Source of the DNA: Candidatus Heimdallarchaeota archaeon
GTDB lineage: Archaea; Asgardarchaeota; Heimdallarchaeia; Heimdallarchaeales; Heimdallarchaeaceae
Assembly: GCA_030668825.1 (NCBI GenBank)
Contig: DAOVET010000063.1
Span: 1-14,640, forward strand
Length of the DNA: 14,640 nt
Reading direction: 5' to 3'
Below the pieces are notes generated by a model. It was not told the origin of the DNA. It worked only from the letters and a program-made list of their open reading frames with translations, and made no database searches. Within the stretch, counting starts at the first letter, position 1, and each line of letters opens with the position of its first letter. Shown here one piece after another: positions 1 to 7,988 of the stretch. A program made the translations under genes and the position numbers.

Positions 1-1
1 A

Positions 2-2077
2 AATACGAGAAGAATACATCAACAAATTCAAGATGTTAAGGATTTCACTGAAGGATTGATTGATCTTCAATCTGCAAGTAATATAGCAGGTATAAAGAAA
101 ATTGAAGAGTTTATTCACAAAAGAAAAAATGCAGGAGATCAATTTTGGCAGTTAATTGGACTATTAATACTTGGGGAACAACAACTTGATTCCTCTGATT
201 ATATTGCCTCAAATAAGATATATGTTCAAGCAAGAGTTTTAGCAGAAAACATATCTAATGTTCCTCTAATAGGAGCTGTTGACATCGGCTTAGCTCACGT
301 TCATTTTCTCAAAGGAGAACTAAAAGCAGGGAATATACTATCTGCACAAACAAATGATAAATTGCAGGGAATTTCTCAATATTATCTAGCAAAAGGACAT
401 TTTGTTAGGGGGCAGATAATGATTAAATTAGGTCATCATAAGATGGCAAGAGATAGCCTTAATGTTGCTTATTCACTTGCTAACCAATATCATGATTACA
501 ATAAATCATTCATAACTCTTTTAGCTATTGCTGAAAGCTATGCAATTACCAATGAAAAGGATAAGGCTCAAGAGATTTTTGATAAAGCTTACAATCAAGT
601 CGTAAATATAGGGAACAAAAGGCAATTTGCTCAAGCATTGGTGCAAATTGCTACCAGTGATTATAGGCAGGGAAAGTTTGATTCTGCATTAAAACGAGCA
701 AATCAAATTGAAACATTATCAGAGGAGATACAACATCAAAAAGGAAAAACAGATGCTTTACGGCTAAGATCTCAAATTAATATTACTCGAAATAATGAAA
801 TAGATAGAAATATCTTTACTCTTCTTGCTTGCCAAATCCTATATTTGGAAGTTGGTGATGAGGATAGTAGTGCTAACTGTGATATCTTAATAGCTGAGGG
901 TTATACAAAGCTAGGTAATTCTCGAAAAGCAGCAATCCATTTAAATAATGCGAAAAACTTCTTTTTAAGAATTTCAGATAGTATGAAGATTGCAGAAATT
1001 AAAGAACTTCAAGCTTCATTTGATATAAATGATGGTAAATTCGATGAAGCTTTAGTTAAGCTCAGATCCTCCTATAGTCATTATTCTGATGTGTTTGATC
1101 GTAATAAACGAGTAGGATGTTTACGAAAAATAGCAGACATTTTAGCTCTGAAAGGAGATTTCAGAGAGAGTTTAGCAAGATATACGAAGGTACAAGGTCT
1201 CATAAGTGAAAACAACGATATGCTTGATAACGTTGTTCTCCAGCTTAACAAAGCTAGAATTAGTCAGTATGCAAATAAAACTGATATTGCTAAAGAGAGC
1301 TACAAATTTGTAGAGAGATATTTAAGAGAAAATAAACTTAAAACTCTATTGGGACAAATTTTGGTTGAAAAAACACTAATGTATATTCTTGAAGATAATG
1401 AAGAGCTTGCAACTGAAATAATGTCTCAGATTCAAGAATTAACCAAAGAGGGTTATGAAGATTTCAAATACTGGTTATGTTATCTTGAAGCTCTTAGGGA
1501 TATAAAAGCAGGAGAGTATGTTAAAGCATATTCTGACCTTACAAGTATTCTTCAGCAAACTTTGGAAAAGAAAAATATTATTTCGATAGGAATTCTATTC
1601 AATCTTATTCGTCTTGTGATTGAGATAAACGCGGAAAATCTTGCAGATTTGTTTGTTTATCAGGAAGTAAATAACTACATTGTTCTACTGCAGGGGATTG
1701 TTACTGAAGGAAATTTCTACTATCTTAGAGGAATTACTTTTTTGGTCGATTTACTGTGGCAATTCATGTCTAAAATTGAGAGTGACTATAATGAAATAGT
1801 TGTTCAAGCTTCTGAATATTTTGCTAGCACAGGAATAGAAGAGTTTGGGAATCTACTTCTAACATTACAGTATAATATAGGCGATTGGGAAGGGCAAACT
1901 GAATCCAGAATTAGAACAATTTTAGGGGCCCCCAAATCTTATGAATCTCCAAAGATAGCTTTATTAGAAATTCTTGAGAAGTCCAATAAATCACTATTTA
2001 TAGAAGAAATTCTAAGAACAGAAAAAAGATTCTTAAAAGAGATTAAGTCCATGAAAGAAGTTAAAGATAAAAAATAG
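2..2077 (+). CDS. Tetratricopeptide-repeat (TPR)-like all-helical protein, 5'-truncated by the window edge
   Basis: The frame is open from position 2 (NTRRIHQQIQDVKDFTEG...) into the TTG at 56, so the true start lies upstream. Repeated helical segments have TPR-like small/aromatic spacing (e.g. LLAIAESYAITNEKDKAQEIFDKA, IADILALKGDFRESLARYTKV). No catalytic motifs recognised. Confidence 0.75.
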   Translation, partial: NTRRIHQQIQDVKDFTEGLIDLQSASNIAGIKKIEEFIHKRKNAGDQFWQLIGLLILGEQQLDSSDYIASNKIYVQARVLAENISNVPLIGAVDIGLAHVHFLKGELKAGNILSAQTNDKLQGISQYYLAKGHFVRGQIMIKLGHHKMARDSLNVAYSLANQYHDYNKSFITLLAIAESYAITNEKDKAQEIFDKAYNQVVNIGNKRQFAQALVQIATSDYRQGKFDSALKRANQIETLSEEIQHQKGKTDALRLRSQINITRNNEIDRNIFTLLACQILYLEVGDEDSSANCDILIAEGYTKLGNSRKAAIHLNNAKNFFLRISDSMKIAEIKELQASFDINDGKFDEALVKLRSSYSHYSDVFDRNKRVGCLRKIADILALKGDFRESLARYTKVQGLISENNDMLDNVVLQLNKARISQYANKTDIAKESYKFVERYLRENKLKTLLGQILVEKTLMYILEDNEELATEIMSQIQELTKEGYEDFKYWLCYLEALRDIKAGEYVKAYSDLTSILQQTLEKKNIISIGILFNLIRLVIEINAENLADLFVYQEVNNYIVLLQGIVTEGNFYYLRGITFLVDLLWQFMSKIESDYNEIVVQASEYFASTGIEEFGNLLLTLQYNIGDWEGQTESRIRTILGAPKSYESPKIALLEILEKSNKSLFIEEILRTEKRFLKEIKSMKEVKDKK

Positions 2078-2087
2078 GTTTTAACTA

Positions 2088-3380
2088 TCATTTCACTGAA
2101 CGCAAAAAATCATCTATGATTTGTTTTGATAATCCAAGGTAATTTATTGGATCAAGAATATCTTTAATTTCTGCTGGCGAAAACATTTCAGCAACAATAG
2201 AGTTTGTTTTTGCTACTTCTACAAAGTCTTCTTCATTTGATAATTGTTTGAGTAATTCATGCGCCTTCTGCCTTCCTATTTTGTCTGATAAACGAATCAT
2301 TAGATGTTCTGCACATTGAGCTCCTTTCAGAAGATAGAGATTCTCATTTATTTTTGGAATATTAAAATGCAGATTCTTCAGAATATCATTCATTTGAAGT
2401 AAGATATAATGGGTTAAAATCGAAGTTTCGGCAAAAATAACTCTTTCTGCACTTGAATTTGATAAATCTCTTTCATGCTCTAACCCCACATTTTCTAGAG
2501 TAGGTTGTATTTTACTTCGAATAATCCTAGCTAAACCACAAATTCTTTCACTCTTTTCAGGATTCTTTTTTTGAGGCATAGTTGAAGAACCTACTTGTGT
2601 ACTGATGAAAGATTCTCTAATCTCATTAATTTCAGTTCGTTGTAAATTTCTGATTTCTTTTGCGAAATGCTCTAAGACAGTAGCAATTAGAGCAAGGCTG
2701 TAAATATAATTTGCATGAATTACTCTAGAAATTACTTGTGTAGTAATTGGTTGTTTCTCTAAATCTAGTTTTTCAAGAATTATCTTTTCTATTTTTTGGG
2801 TTCCATATGATGCATAAGTTCCCACTGCTCCTGAAAATTTACCATAAGCAACTTTAGATTCTTCCAACGTTTTTTTCGCTAAAAGTAATTCATTTAGAAA
2901 ATTCCCAAATTTCATTCCATATGTTGTTGGTACCGCATGTATTCCATGTGTTCTCCCAATACATGCCAATTCCTTATGTTCTTCAGCTAATTTAGTTACT
3001 GTTTCAATTGTATTTTCTAAAGCGCTCAAAATCTCTGTTTTAGCTTCTCTGAGTTGTAATCCTCTAACAGTATCCTGTATATCATAAGAAGTAGCCCCTA
3101 GGTGGATGTACCCACCATACTCACCACACTGTTCAGAAATTGCATGGACAAGACTCATAAGATCGTGGTGGATTTCCATCTCTATTTCTTTAGCTCGTTC
3201 TAATTTAACATATTTAGGTGTGCATTTCAATTGAATAACATCATTAGCTTCTTTTGGTATCTTTCCAACGCTAAAGTTAGCATTAGCCAATTCTTTCTCT
3301 ATTAACAGCTGTAATTCAAATTTTCTTTGAGATGAAAAAACATCATTTAAACTAGTCTTGTACCTATCAATTTCGAGCAT
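2088..3380 (-). CDS. purB: Adenylosuccinate lyase
   Basis: Fumarase/ASL superfamily signature GSSTMPQKKNP, plus HHD, IHLGATSYDIQDT, GRTHGIHAVPTT, SGAVGT and HERDLSNSSAER; 430 aa; GAGGTG SD 5 nt before the ATG. Confidence 0.95.
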   Translation of the reverse strand: MLEIDRYKTSLNDVFSSQRKFELQLLIEKELANANFSVGKIPKEANDVIQLKCTPKYVKLERAKEIEMEIHHDLMSLVHAISEQCGEYGGYIHLGATSYDIQDTVRGLQLREAKTEILSALENTIETVTKLAEEHKELACIGRTHGIHAVPTTYGMKFGNFLNELLLAKKTLEESKVAYGKFSGAVGTYASYGTQKIEKIILEKLDLEKQPITTQVISRVIHANYIYSLALIATVLEHFAKEIRNLQRTEINEIRESFISTQVGSSTMPQKKNPEKSERICGLARIIRSKIQPTLENVGLEHERDLSNSSAERVIFAETSILTHYILLQMNDILKNLHFNIPKINENLYLLKGAQCAEHLMIRLSDKIGRQKAHELLKQLSNEEDFVEVAKTNSIVAEMFSPAEIKDILDPINYLGLSKQIIDDFLRSVK

Positions 3381-3385
3381 ATTGC

Positions 3386-3395
3386 CACCTCACCT
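3386..3395 (-). promoter_or_regulatory. Shine-Dalgarno of purB (AGGTGAGGTG); TATA-like TTTATAA further upstream at 3425-3431
   Basis: The minus strand reads AAGGTGAGGTGGCAAT-ATG; GAGGTG/GGTGA is the archaeal-type anti-16S motif. Confidence 0.7.
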
Positions 3396-3453
3396 TGGCA
3401 CAATATAACGTATTTGATAGTTTATTATAAATATGTCCGATGTTATTCATTTC

Positions 3454-4743
3454 TTATTTTTTTATTCTCTTCTTCTTTCTTACAGCTAGGGTGAGTACTG
3501 AAAGAAATGCAAATAAGAAAGCATAGCTTGAAGGTGTTGGTGGAATATAAGGGAGTAATTCAAAATTGTACGTTGTAGAATCTACACTTAAACTTGTTTC
3601 ATTTAGAATTGTAAATTGAGTGAATCCCCTATCAAAAAGAGGCTCTTGTATGTGATATAGAACATCATTACTCAGATATAGACTTTCTATGTGTTCATGT
3701 CCATATAGATTAACCTCTATTGGATATCGTTTGTTGAAGTTTGTTGCATCACTATGGAAATCATGATGATAATATAGTATTGTAGCATCGTCACTGTTTT
3801 CACTAAGAATTTGTCGCATTTGTAAGATCTCTTCTGAATTAAGTCCTTCAAACGATGAACCATAACCTACCATGGTCCAATCCAGATAGGTAAAATTTTG
3901 ATAACGAATAGGTCCAAGGTAGTTATACCAATTATCTTCTATTATATCAGGAAGCATTGTACTTTGAGAGAATTCATGATTTCCATGTATACAATACACA
4001 GGAAGATCAAGAGTGTCTAAAGCCCAAAGTCCAAGACGAAGCTGAATCTCTCCTCTCATATGCTTACCAGTCACAGGATTAAGAAAATACAAAGTTGGAC
4101 CTTGTATTAAATCACCAGTAAAAATTACAAAATCTGGATTTAACGCTTTAATTTTGGCTAATTCTTCTAGATTGATATCTGAAGTATTAAAGTCTATATC
4201 ATTTTTATAATATGAGGGAAAATGAGTATCAGATATGTGTACAAATGTAAATGGATATGTTTTTTCCTCAATTATTTTTACCGCATGTGTTTGATAATCA
4301 GACCCTTCGCTACAATTTAATTGTAAATCATATAGACCCTCTTCCATTAGACTTGGTAAGGTCTCAAAACACCATTTATCATCAACATAATCAGATGAAA
4401 TTATATTAAGAATTTGAGATGAATTTGTTTTGTGCAAAGTGAAATTCCAGTCTGATGCGCTAGAAGAGCCAGAAGTAATTATATTCAGTTTTTCATTAAA
4501 AACAATGATAGAGGGGTTAGCTTTGTTTGGATATTGTATCATTCCAAAGAGTCTAGCTACTAGAGCATATCTTGGGTTCTGTGTTTCATTAAAGAATTCA
4601 GTTGGTGAGTTGGCAAAATAATCAAAACTAGGGTAATAGTCCTCTGGTTTTTCCTGTTTTGACAATATATTTTGATGTGGAAGAATTAAACTTACTGTAA
4701 GAAACAAAATAGTTATACCAAATATAAATGACTTAGATTTCAT
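3454..4743 (-). CDS. Secreted, C-terminally membrane-anchored calcineurin-like metallophosphoesterase
   Basis: All five metal-binding motifs are present: HISDTH, FTGDL, HGNHE, YHH, YGHEH. ATG at 4743 gives a classic signal peptide (MKSKSFIFGITILFLTVSLIL) and is preferred over the TTG at 4776. The C-terminus is a Pro/Ser linker, a hydrophobic helix and RKKKRIKK. Seven N-x-S/T sequons. Confidence 0.88.
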   Translation of the reverse strand: MKSKSFIFGITILFLTVSLILPHQNILSKQEKPEDYYPSFDYFANSPTEFFNETQNPRYALVARLFGMIQYPNKANPSIIVFNEKLNIITSGSSSASDWNFTLHKTNSSQILNIISSDYVDDKWCFETLPSLMEEGLYDLQLNCSEGSDYQTHAVKIIEEKTYPFTFVHISDTHFPSYYKNDIDFNTSDINLEELAKIKALNPDFVIFTGDLIQGPTLYFLNPVTGKHMRGEIQLRLGLWALDTLDLPVYCIHGNHEFSQSTMLPDIIEDNWYNYLGPIRYQNFTYLDWTMVGYGSSFEGLNSEEILQMRQILSENSDDATILYYHHDFHSDATNFNKRYPIEVNLYGHEHIESLYLSNDVLYHIQEPLFDRGFTQFTILNETSLSVDSTTYNFELLPYIPPTPSSYAFLFAFLSVLTLAVRKKKRIKK

Positions 4744-4869
4744 TTTATCAAATAAAGGAGTTAACTTATTGTTCAAAAAGATTCTGGAAAGACAATGGGT
4801 TGTGAGAAAATCCTTTTTTGATTTCCTTCATGGAAAACCTTTTTTTAGAATCTAAACCTAGTAGTAATT

Positions 4870-5991
4870 ATGCCACATGTAAGAATGTCCCGAAATCTTA
4901 ATCAAAGTATTTTCGCGCTTATTGTTGGAACTATATTTAGTGTTCTTCTTATACCAGTTTTTGGAATGAATGTTTTAATTCTAGCAATCTTTGAGATCCC
5001 TTTAGCCTTTCTTGTGGCATTAATAGCAGTTACGGAATGTTTGTACCAGTATAAAGATGAGGTTTCGATGGAAACTACTTTAAACATGATTGTTCCTCTA
5101 TTGAAATCATTAGGCATTTCGATACCTGTTGTTCTGTTTTATGGAGCCATCACAATAATTCTCAATGAAACAATTCCAGCTTTTGAACAAGCTCTACTCC
5201 CGCTTTTCACTCAATATCAAGGTTTACCAAGCCTAGTAACAATTTACCTAATCAATTTCATTCCAATTTTTGTGATGATGTTTGCTTTACCTTTCTTCTT
5301 GTATATTTACGGAAAAGTACATGTTCTTTTCTTCACAGATAAAGAAGATAGAAAGGCTAGAGTAACAAAAGCAGATATGGAAGAAAAGGAACTTGATAAA
5401 AAAGTATTCCAAATGATAGATAAACTGGAAAATTATGCTTTTCAACTACAACAATATCTCCTGGAAATGCAAGGTTTACCAAATCAAATAGCTGCAGTTG
5501 ATGATCACGAATCTTTCAAAGCATTAAGTATGAGATTGAATATGGTTAAAGATTATGTAAAAGCATTAGACATTGCTGATGATAAAACAACAAAGAAGAT
5601 TCTTTCAGAAGAAGAAGTGAAAATGAAATTAAACGAAGTAGAGATGCAGAAAAAGACAGTCATTGACATTGTTGAACAAAATCTCAAAAAGCTCCATAAG
5701 GATAAAAAACGATTCGAAAAAGAAGAGGAAGAGGACATAGAAGAGGTTGAAGAACCAGAAGAAATTAAGCTGCCAGACGAAGTCGAGGAAGCTGAAGAAC
5801 CAGAAATTGTTCAAGAACCGGAGAAATCAAAACCGGAAGAACCAAAGCCGGAAGAACCAAAGCCGGAAGAACCAAAGCCGGAAGAACCAAAACCGGAAGA
5901 ACCAAAACCGGAAGAACCAGAATCGGAAACAGAATCAGAAACAGCTGAAGAAGAACTACAGGATCCAAGTGAAATTATTCAAGACGATTAA
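4870..5991 (+). CDS. Hypothetical membrane protein: about 4 N-terminal TM helices, coiled-coil middle, acidic Pro-rich disordered tail with (KPEEP)6
   Basis: 373-aa ORF with hydrophobic segments in the first ~155 aa, a helical K/E/L-rich centre and an E/P-rich C-terminus. No family recognised. Confidence 0.75.
   Translation: MPHVRMSRNLNQSIFALIVGTIFSVLLIPVFGMNVLILAIFEIPLAFLVALIAVTECLYQYKDEVSMETTLNMIVPLLKSLGISIPVVLFYGAITIILNETIPAFEQALLPLFTQYQGLPSLVTIYLINFIPIFVMMFALPFFLYIYGKVHVLFFTDKEDRKARVTKADMEEKELDKKVFQMIDKLENYAFQLQQYLLEMQGLPNQIAAVDDHESFKALSMRLNMVKDYVKALDIADDKTTKKILSEEEVKMKLNEVEMQKKTVIDIVEQNLKKLHKDKKRFEKEEEEDIEEVEEPEEIKLPDEVEEAEEPEIVQEPEKSKPEEPKPEEPKPEEPKPEEPKPEEPKPEEPESETESETAEEELQDPSEIIQDD
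5830..5919 (+). repeat. Intragenic tandem repeat, 6 x 15 bp AA(A/G)CCGGAAGAACCA encoding KPEEP
   Basis: The six units differ only at the Lys wobble base (AAA, AAG, AAG, AAG, AAA, AAA). They are followed by 2 x 12 bp GAATC(G/A)GAAACA (ESET) at 5920-5943. Confidence 0.97.
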
Positions 5992-6024
5992 TTTTCACAA
6001 AAAAAGAATAGAAGGAAGCAGAAA

Positions 6025-6684
6025 TTAAGCTTTTTCATAAGCTTCCATCAATTTTTCTACAAAATTATCCTCAGGATAAGATCCTTCAAACTGAATGTCT
6101 CCTTGATTAATCACAGTTTTTGGAACGCCCATTACGAAATATTTCTGGGAGAGCAATGGAAATTCAGTAGCTTCAACCATCTCACCATAAATATTTGGAT
6201 TTGCCATTGCTGCTTTATGAGCTAGTCTAACAGCAGCTGGGCAATAAGGACAAGTAGGTGTTACAAAGACTTGAATCTTCATTGGCTTGTCAATCTTCTG
6301 AATTTTCTCTAAATTCTCTTGTTTTAGAGTAACCTTTCCTGCCGAGATATCTAATATATCTTCCACCAATGAACCAAATTCATAACCACTTGGAATTCCA
6401 GTAAACACAACATTATGCTCTTCTTTTCCATGTAATATAATCGTTGGAAATCGTTCAATGTTATATTTTTGAATTTCAGGAGGATTTTCTTCCTTATTAA
6501 AAAGTTCAATCTTAATCATGCTTTCAGGAGCGAGTTCCGCTAACAACTCCATGATTTCTTTTGTTTGAGCACATGTCAAACACTTCTCTTTATCTACAAA
6601 TAACTTGGCAGTAACTTGGTTTTCCATGTGTTGGAAAATCTCTTTAACTTGCCTTTTGATATTATCGTCAACATCTACTGACAT
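6025..6684 (-). CDS. Protein disulfide oxidoreductase (PDO; archaeal glutaredoxin-like protein with two thioredoxin folds)
   Basis: N-terminal CLTC and C-terminal CPYC; GIPSGYEF, VFVTPTCPYCP, EATEFP and VMGVPKTVIN match the Pyrococcus PDO / AhpF N-terminal domain family; 219 aa; AAGGTGA SD at 6691-6697. Confidence 0.92.
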   Translation of the reverse strand: MSVDVDDNIKRQVKEIFQHMENQVTAKLFVDKEKCLTCAQTKEIMELLAELAPESMIKIELFNKEENPPEIQKYNIERFPTIILHGKEEHNVVFTGIPSGYEFGSLVEDILDISAGKVTLKQENLEKIQKIDKPMKIQVFVTPTCPYCPAAVRLAHKAAMANPNIYGEMVEATEFPLLSQKYFVMGVPKTVINQGDIQFEGSYPEDNFVEKLMEAYEKA

Positions 6685-6697
6685 TTTAATTCACCTT

Positions 6698-6722
6698 CGT
6701 GTGTGCTATATTTACACACACG
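6698..6722. promoter_or_regulatory. Inverted repeat CGTGTGTG-N9-CACACACG between the TATA-like box and the SD of the PDO gene
   Basis: Perfect 8-bp arms at 6698-6705 and 6715-6722. A minus-strand TTTATA at 6731-6736 is preceded by a purine-rich BRE-like GAAAGAAA. Confidence 0.6.
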
Positions 6723-6750
6723 CAACCAAATATAAATATTTCTTTCTTGC

Positions 6751-6767
6751 AAAAAGAAAAAAAGAGA
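6751..6767 (-). terminator. Oligo-T tract after the parvulin stop codon (archaeal-type terminator)
   Basis: The minus strand reads TCTCTTTTTTTCTTTTT immediately after TAA. Confidence 0.5.
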
Positions 6768-7040
6768 TTAACCAGTTCGTTTAATTATATGATAACCAAA
6801 TTCTGTTTTTACTAGACCTGAGAGTTCTCCTTTTGCTAATGAAAACGCTGTTTTTTCGAATTCCTTTACCATCTGTCCTCTAGTGAAGAATCCTAAACTT
6901 CCTCCTTTCTTTCCTGAAGGGCAAATTGAATGCTTTTTTGCTAGTTCTGCAAAATCAGTTCCAGCTTTTATTTCATCTAGTATTCGAATAGCTTCCGATC
7001 TTTTTTTAACGAGAATGTGACTTGCTTTAACTTTGGACAT
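6768..7040 (-). CDS. ppiC: Single-domain parvulin peptidyl-prolyl cis-trans isomerase (PpiC/Par10-like)
   Basis: [35 protein letters not shown] and [10 protein letters not shown]; 90 aa; GGTGA SD at 7045-7049. Confidence 0.95.
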   Translation of the reverse strand: MSKVKASHILVKKRSEAIRILDEIKAGTDFAELAKKHSICPSGKKGGSLGFFTRGQMVKEFEKTAFSLAKGELSGLVKTEFGYHIIKRTG

Positions 7041-7107
7041 AATATCACCAAGTTTCCTTTTTTCAAGATATTAAAAAGTATTTGATTTATCATTTGGAGA
7101 TAAGGAT

Positions 7108-7803
7108 TCATCCTAGAATTATCCGAGCATCGATTGCCTTCAATCCTTCCTTAGTTGCTACAACAGGATTCAAGTCCATTTCCTTTATTACCTTATTTTC
7201 TTCAATAATCTTTGAAACATTAATCACAAAGTTACTTAGTTCTAACAAGTCAACTTTAGGTAAACCACGGTAACCGTCTAACACTTTCTTACCCTGAATT
7301 TCCTCTATCATGTCTCTTACATCCTTTTCAGATATAGGAATTAAACGGAATGTTACATCTTTATAGATTTCAACAAAAATTCCTCCTATTCCCAGAGCAA
7401 TCATTTTACCAAACTGATCATCTGTATTTGTTCCAATAAGAAGTTCCACTCCTTCAACCATCTCTTCAATACTAAAACCTTCAATTTCAGCTGATGGATA
7501 ATGGTTCTTAACACTAGTCAGCATCTCATCATACACTGTTCTTAATTCACCATCTGAAGAAATCCCAATTTTAACTCCTCCCGAATCAGATTTATGAATT
7601 ACATCTTTTGATATTATCTTCAAAACCACAGGATATCCTATTTCATTTGCTTTTGTAACACATTCATCTAGATTTTTTGCAAAACACATTTTGTTTAATG
7701 GTAAACCAGCAAGTTTCATTATTGTCCTTGATTCTGCATAAGTAAGTATATTTCTCCCTTCACTGGATATTTTGTCTAAAATGATTTTAATTTCAGAACT
7801 CAT
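7108..7803 (-). CDS. acdB: Acetate/acyl-CoA ligase (ADP-forming) beta subunit, ATP-grasp fold
   Basis: IGYPVVLKIISKDVIHKSDSGGV, GVELLIG, DQFG...GIGGIFVEIYKDVTFRLIP, LDGYRG, EMDLNP and AIDARI. Start is the ATG at 7803 or the GTG at 7812. Confidence 0.9.
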   Translation of the reverse strand: MSSEIKIILDKISSEGRNILTYAESRTIMKLAGLPLNKMCFAKNLDECVTKANEIGYPVVLKIISKDVIHKSDSGGVKIGISSDGELRTVYDEMLTSVKNHYPSAEIEGFSIEEMVEGVELLIGTNTDDQFGKMIALGIGGIFVEIYKDVTFRLIPISEKDVRDMIEEIQGKKVLDGYRGLPKVDLLELSNFVINVSKIIEENKVIKEMDLNPVVATKEGLKAIDARIILG

Positions 7804-7988
7804 GGTAATCACAGATATTCCTTAATTTGAATGTTTCAAGCGTTAAGTTTACCTTAAACCTTCATCTTTTAAAAGCTTCCAAAGGCACTTCTATTTCTTT
7901 TTGTTGAAGAACAATTATTTAAGCTTCGAAGAGAAAAATTTTTGATAGCTATATTTCTTTTAAATTAGAGAGAAGATAAGGTGAATCT

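Noticed and set aside
3347-3388. Out-of-frame GTG-GCA-ATA-TGC (MAIC) upstream of purB, resembling archaeal PurB N-termini and hinting at a frameshift
   Set aside because: The GTG sits within or immediately beside the SD and its frame stops after 13 codons, whereas the ATG at 3380 has good SD spacing and gives an intact protein.
5830-5919. Tandem repeat as a CRISPR array
   Set aside because: Units are contiguous 15-mers with no spacers, lie in frame within a CDS, and no cas genes are present.
5553-6028. Overlapping ORFs 5553-5738(-), 5629-5814(-), 5747-6028(+) and 5765-5968(-) with RKNQS / LVLPA repeats
   Set aside because: These are shadow frames of the low-complexity, stop-poor repeat region of the 4870-5991 gene, with no independent start signals.
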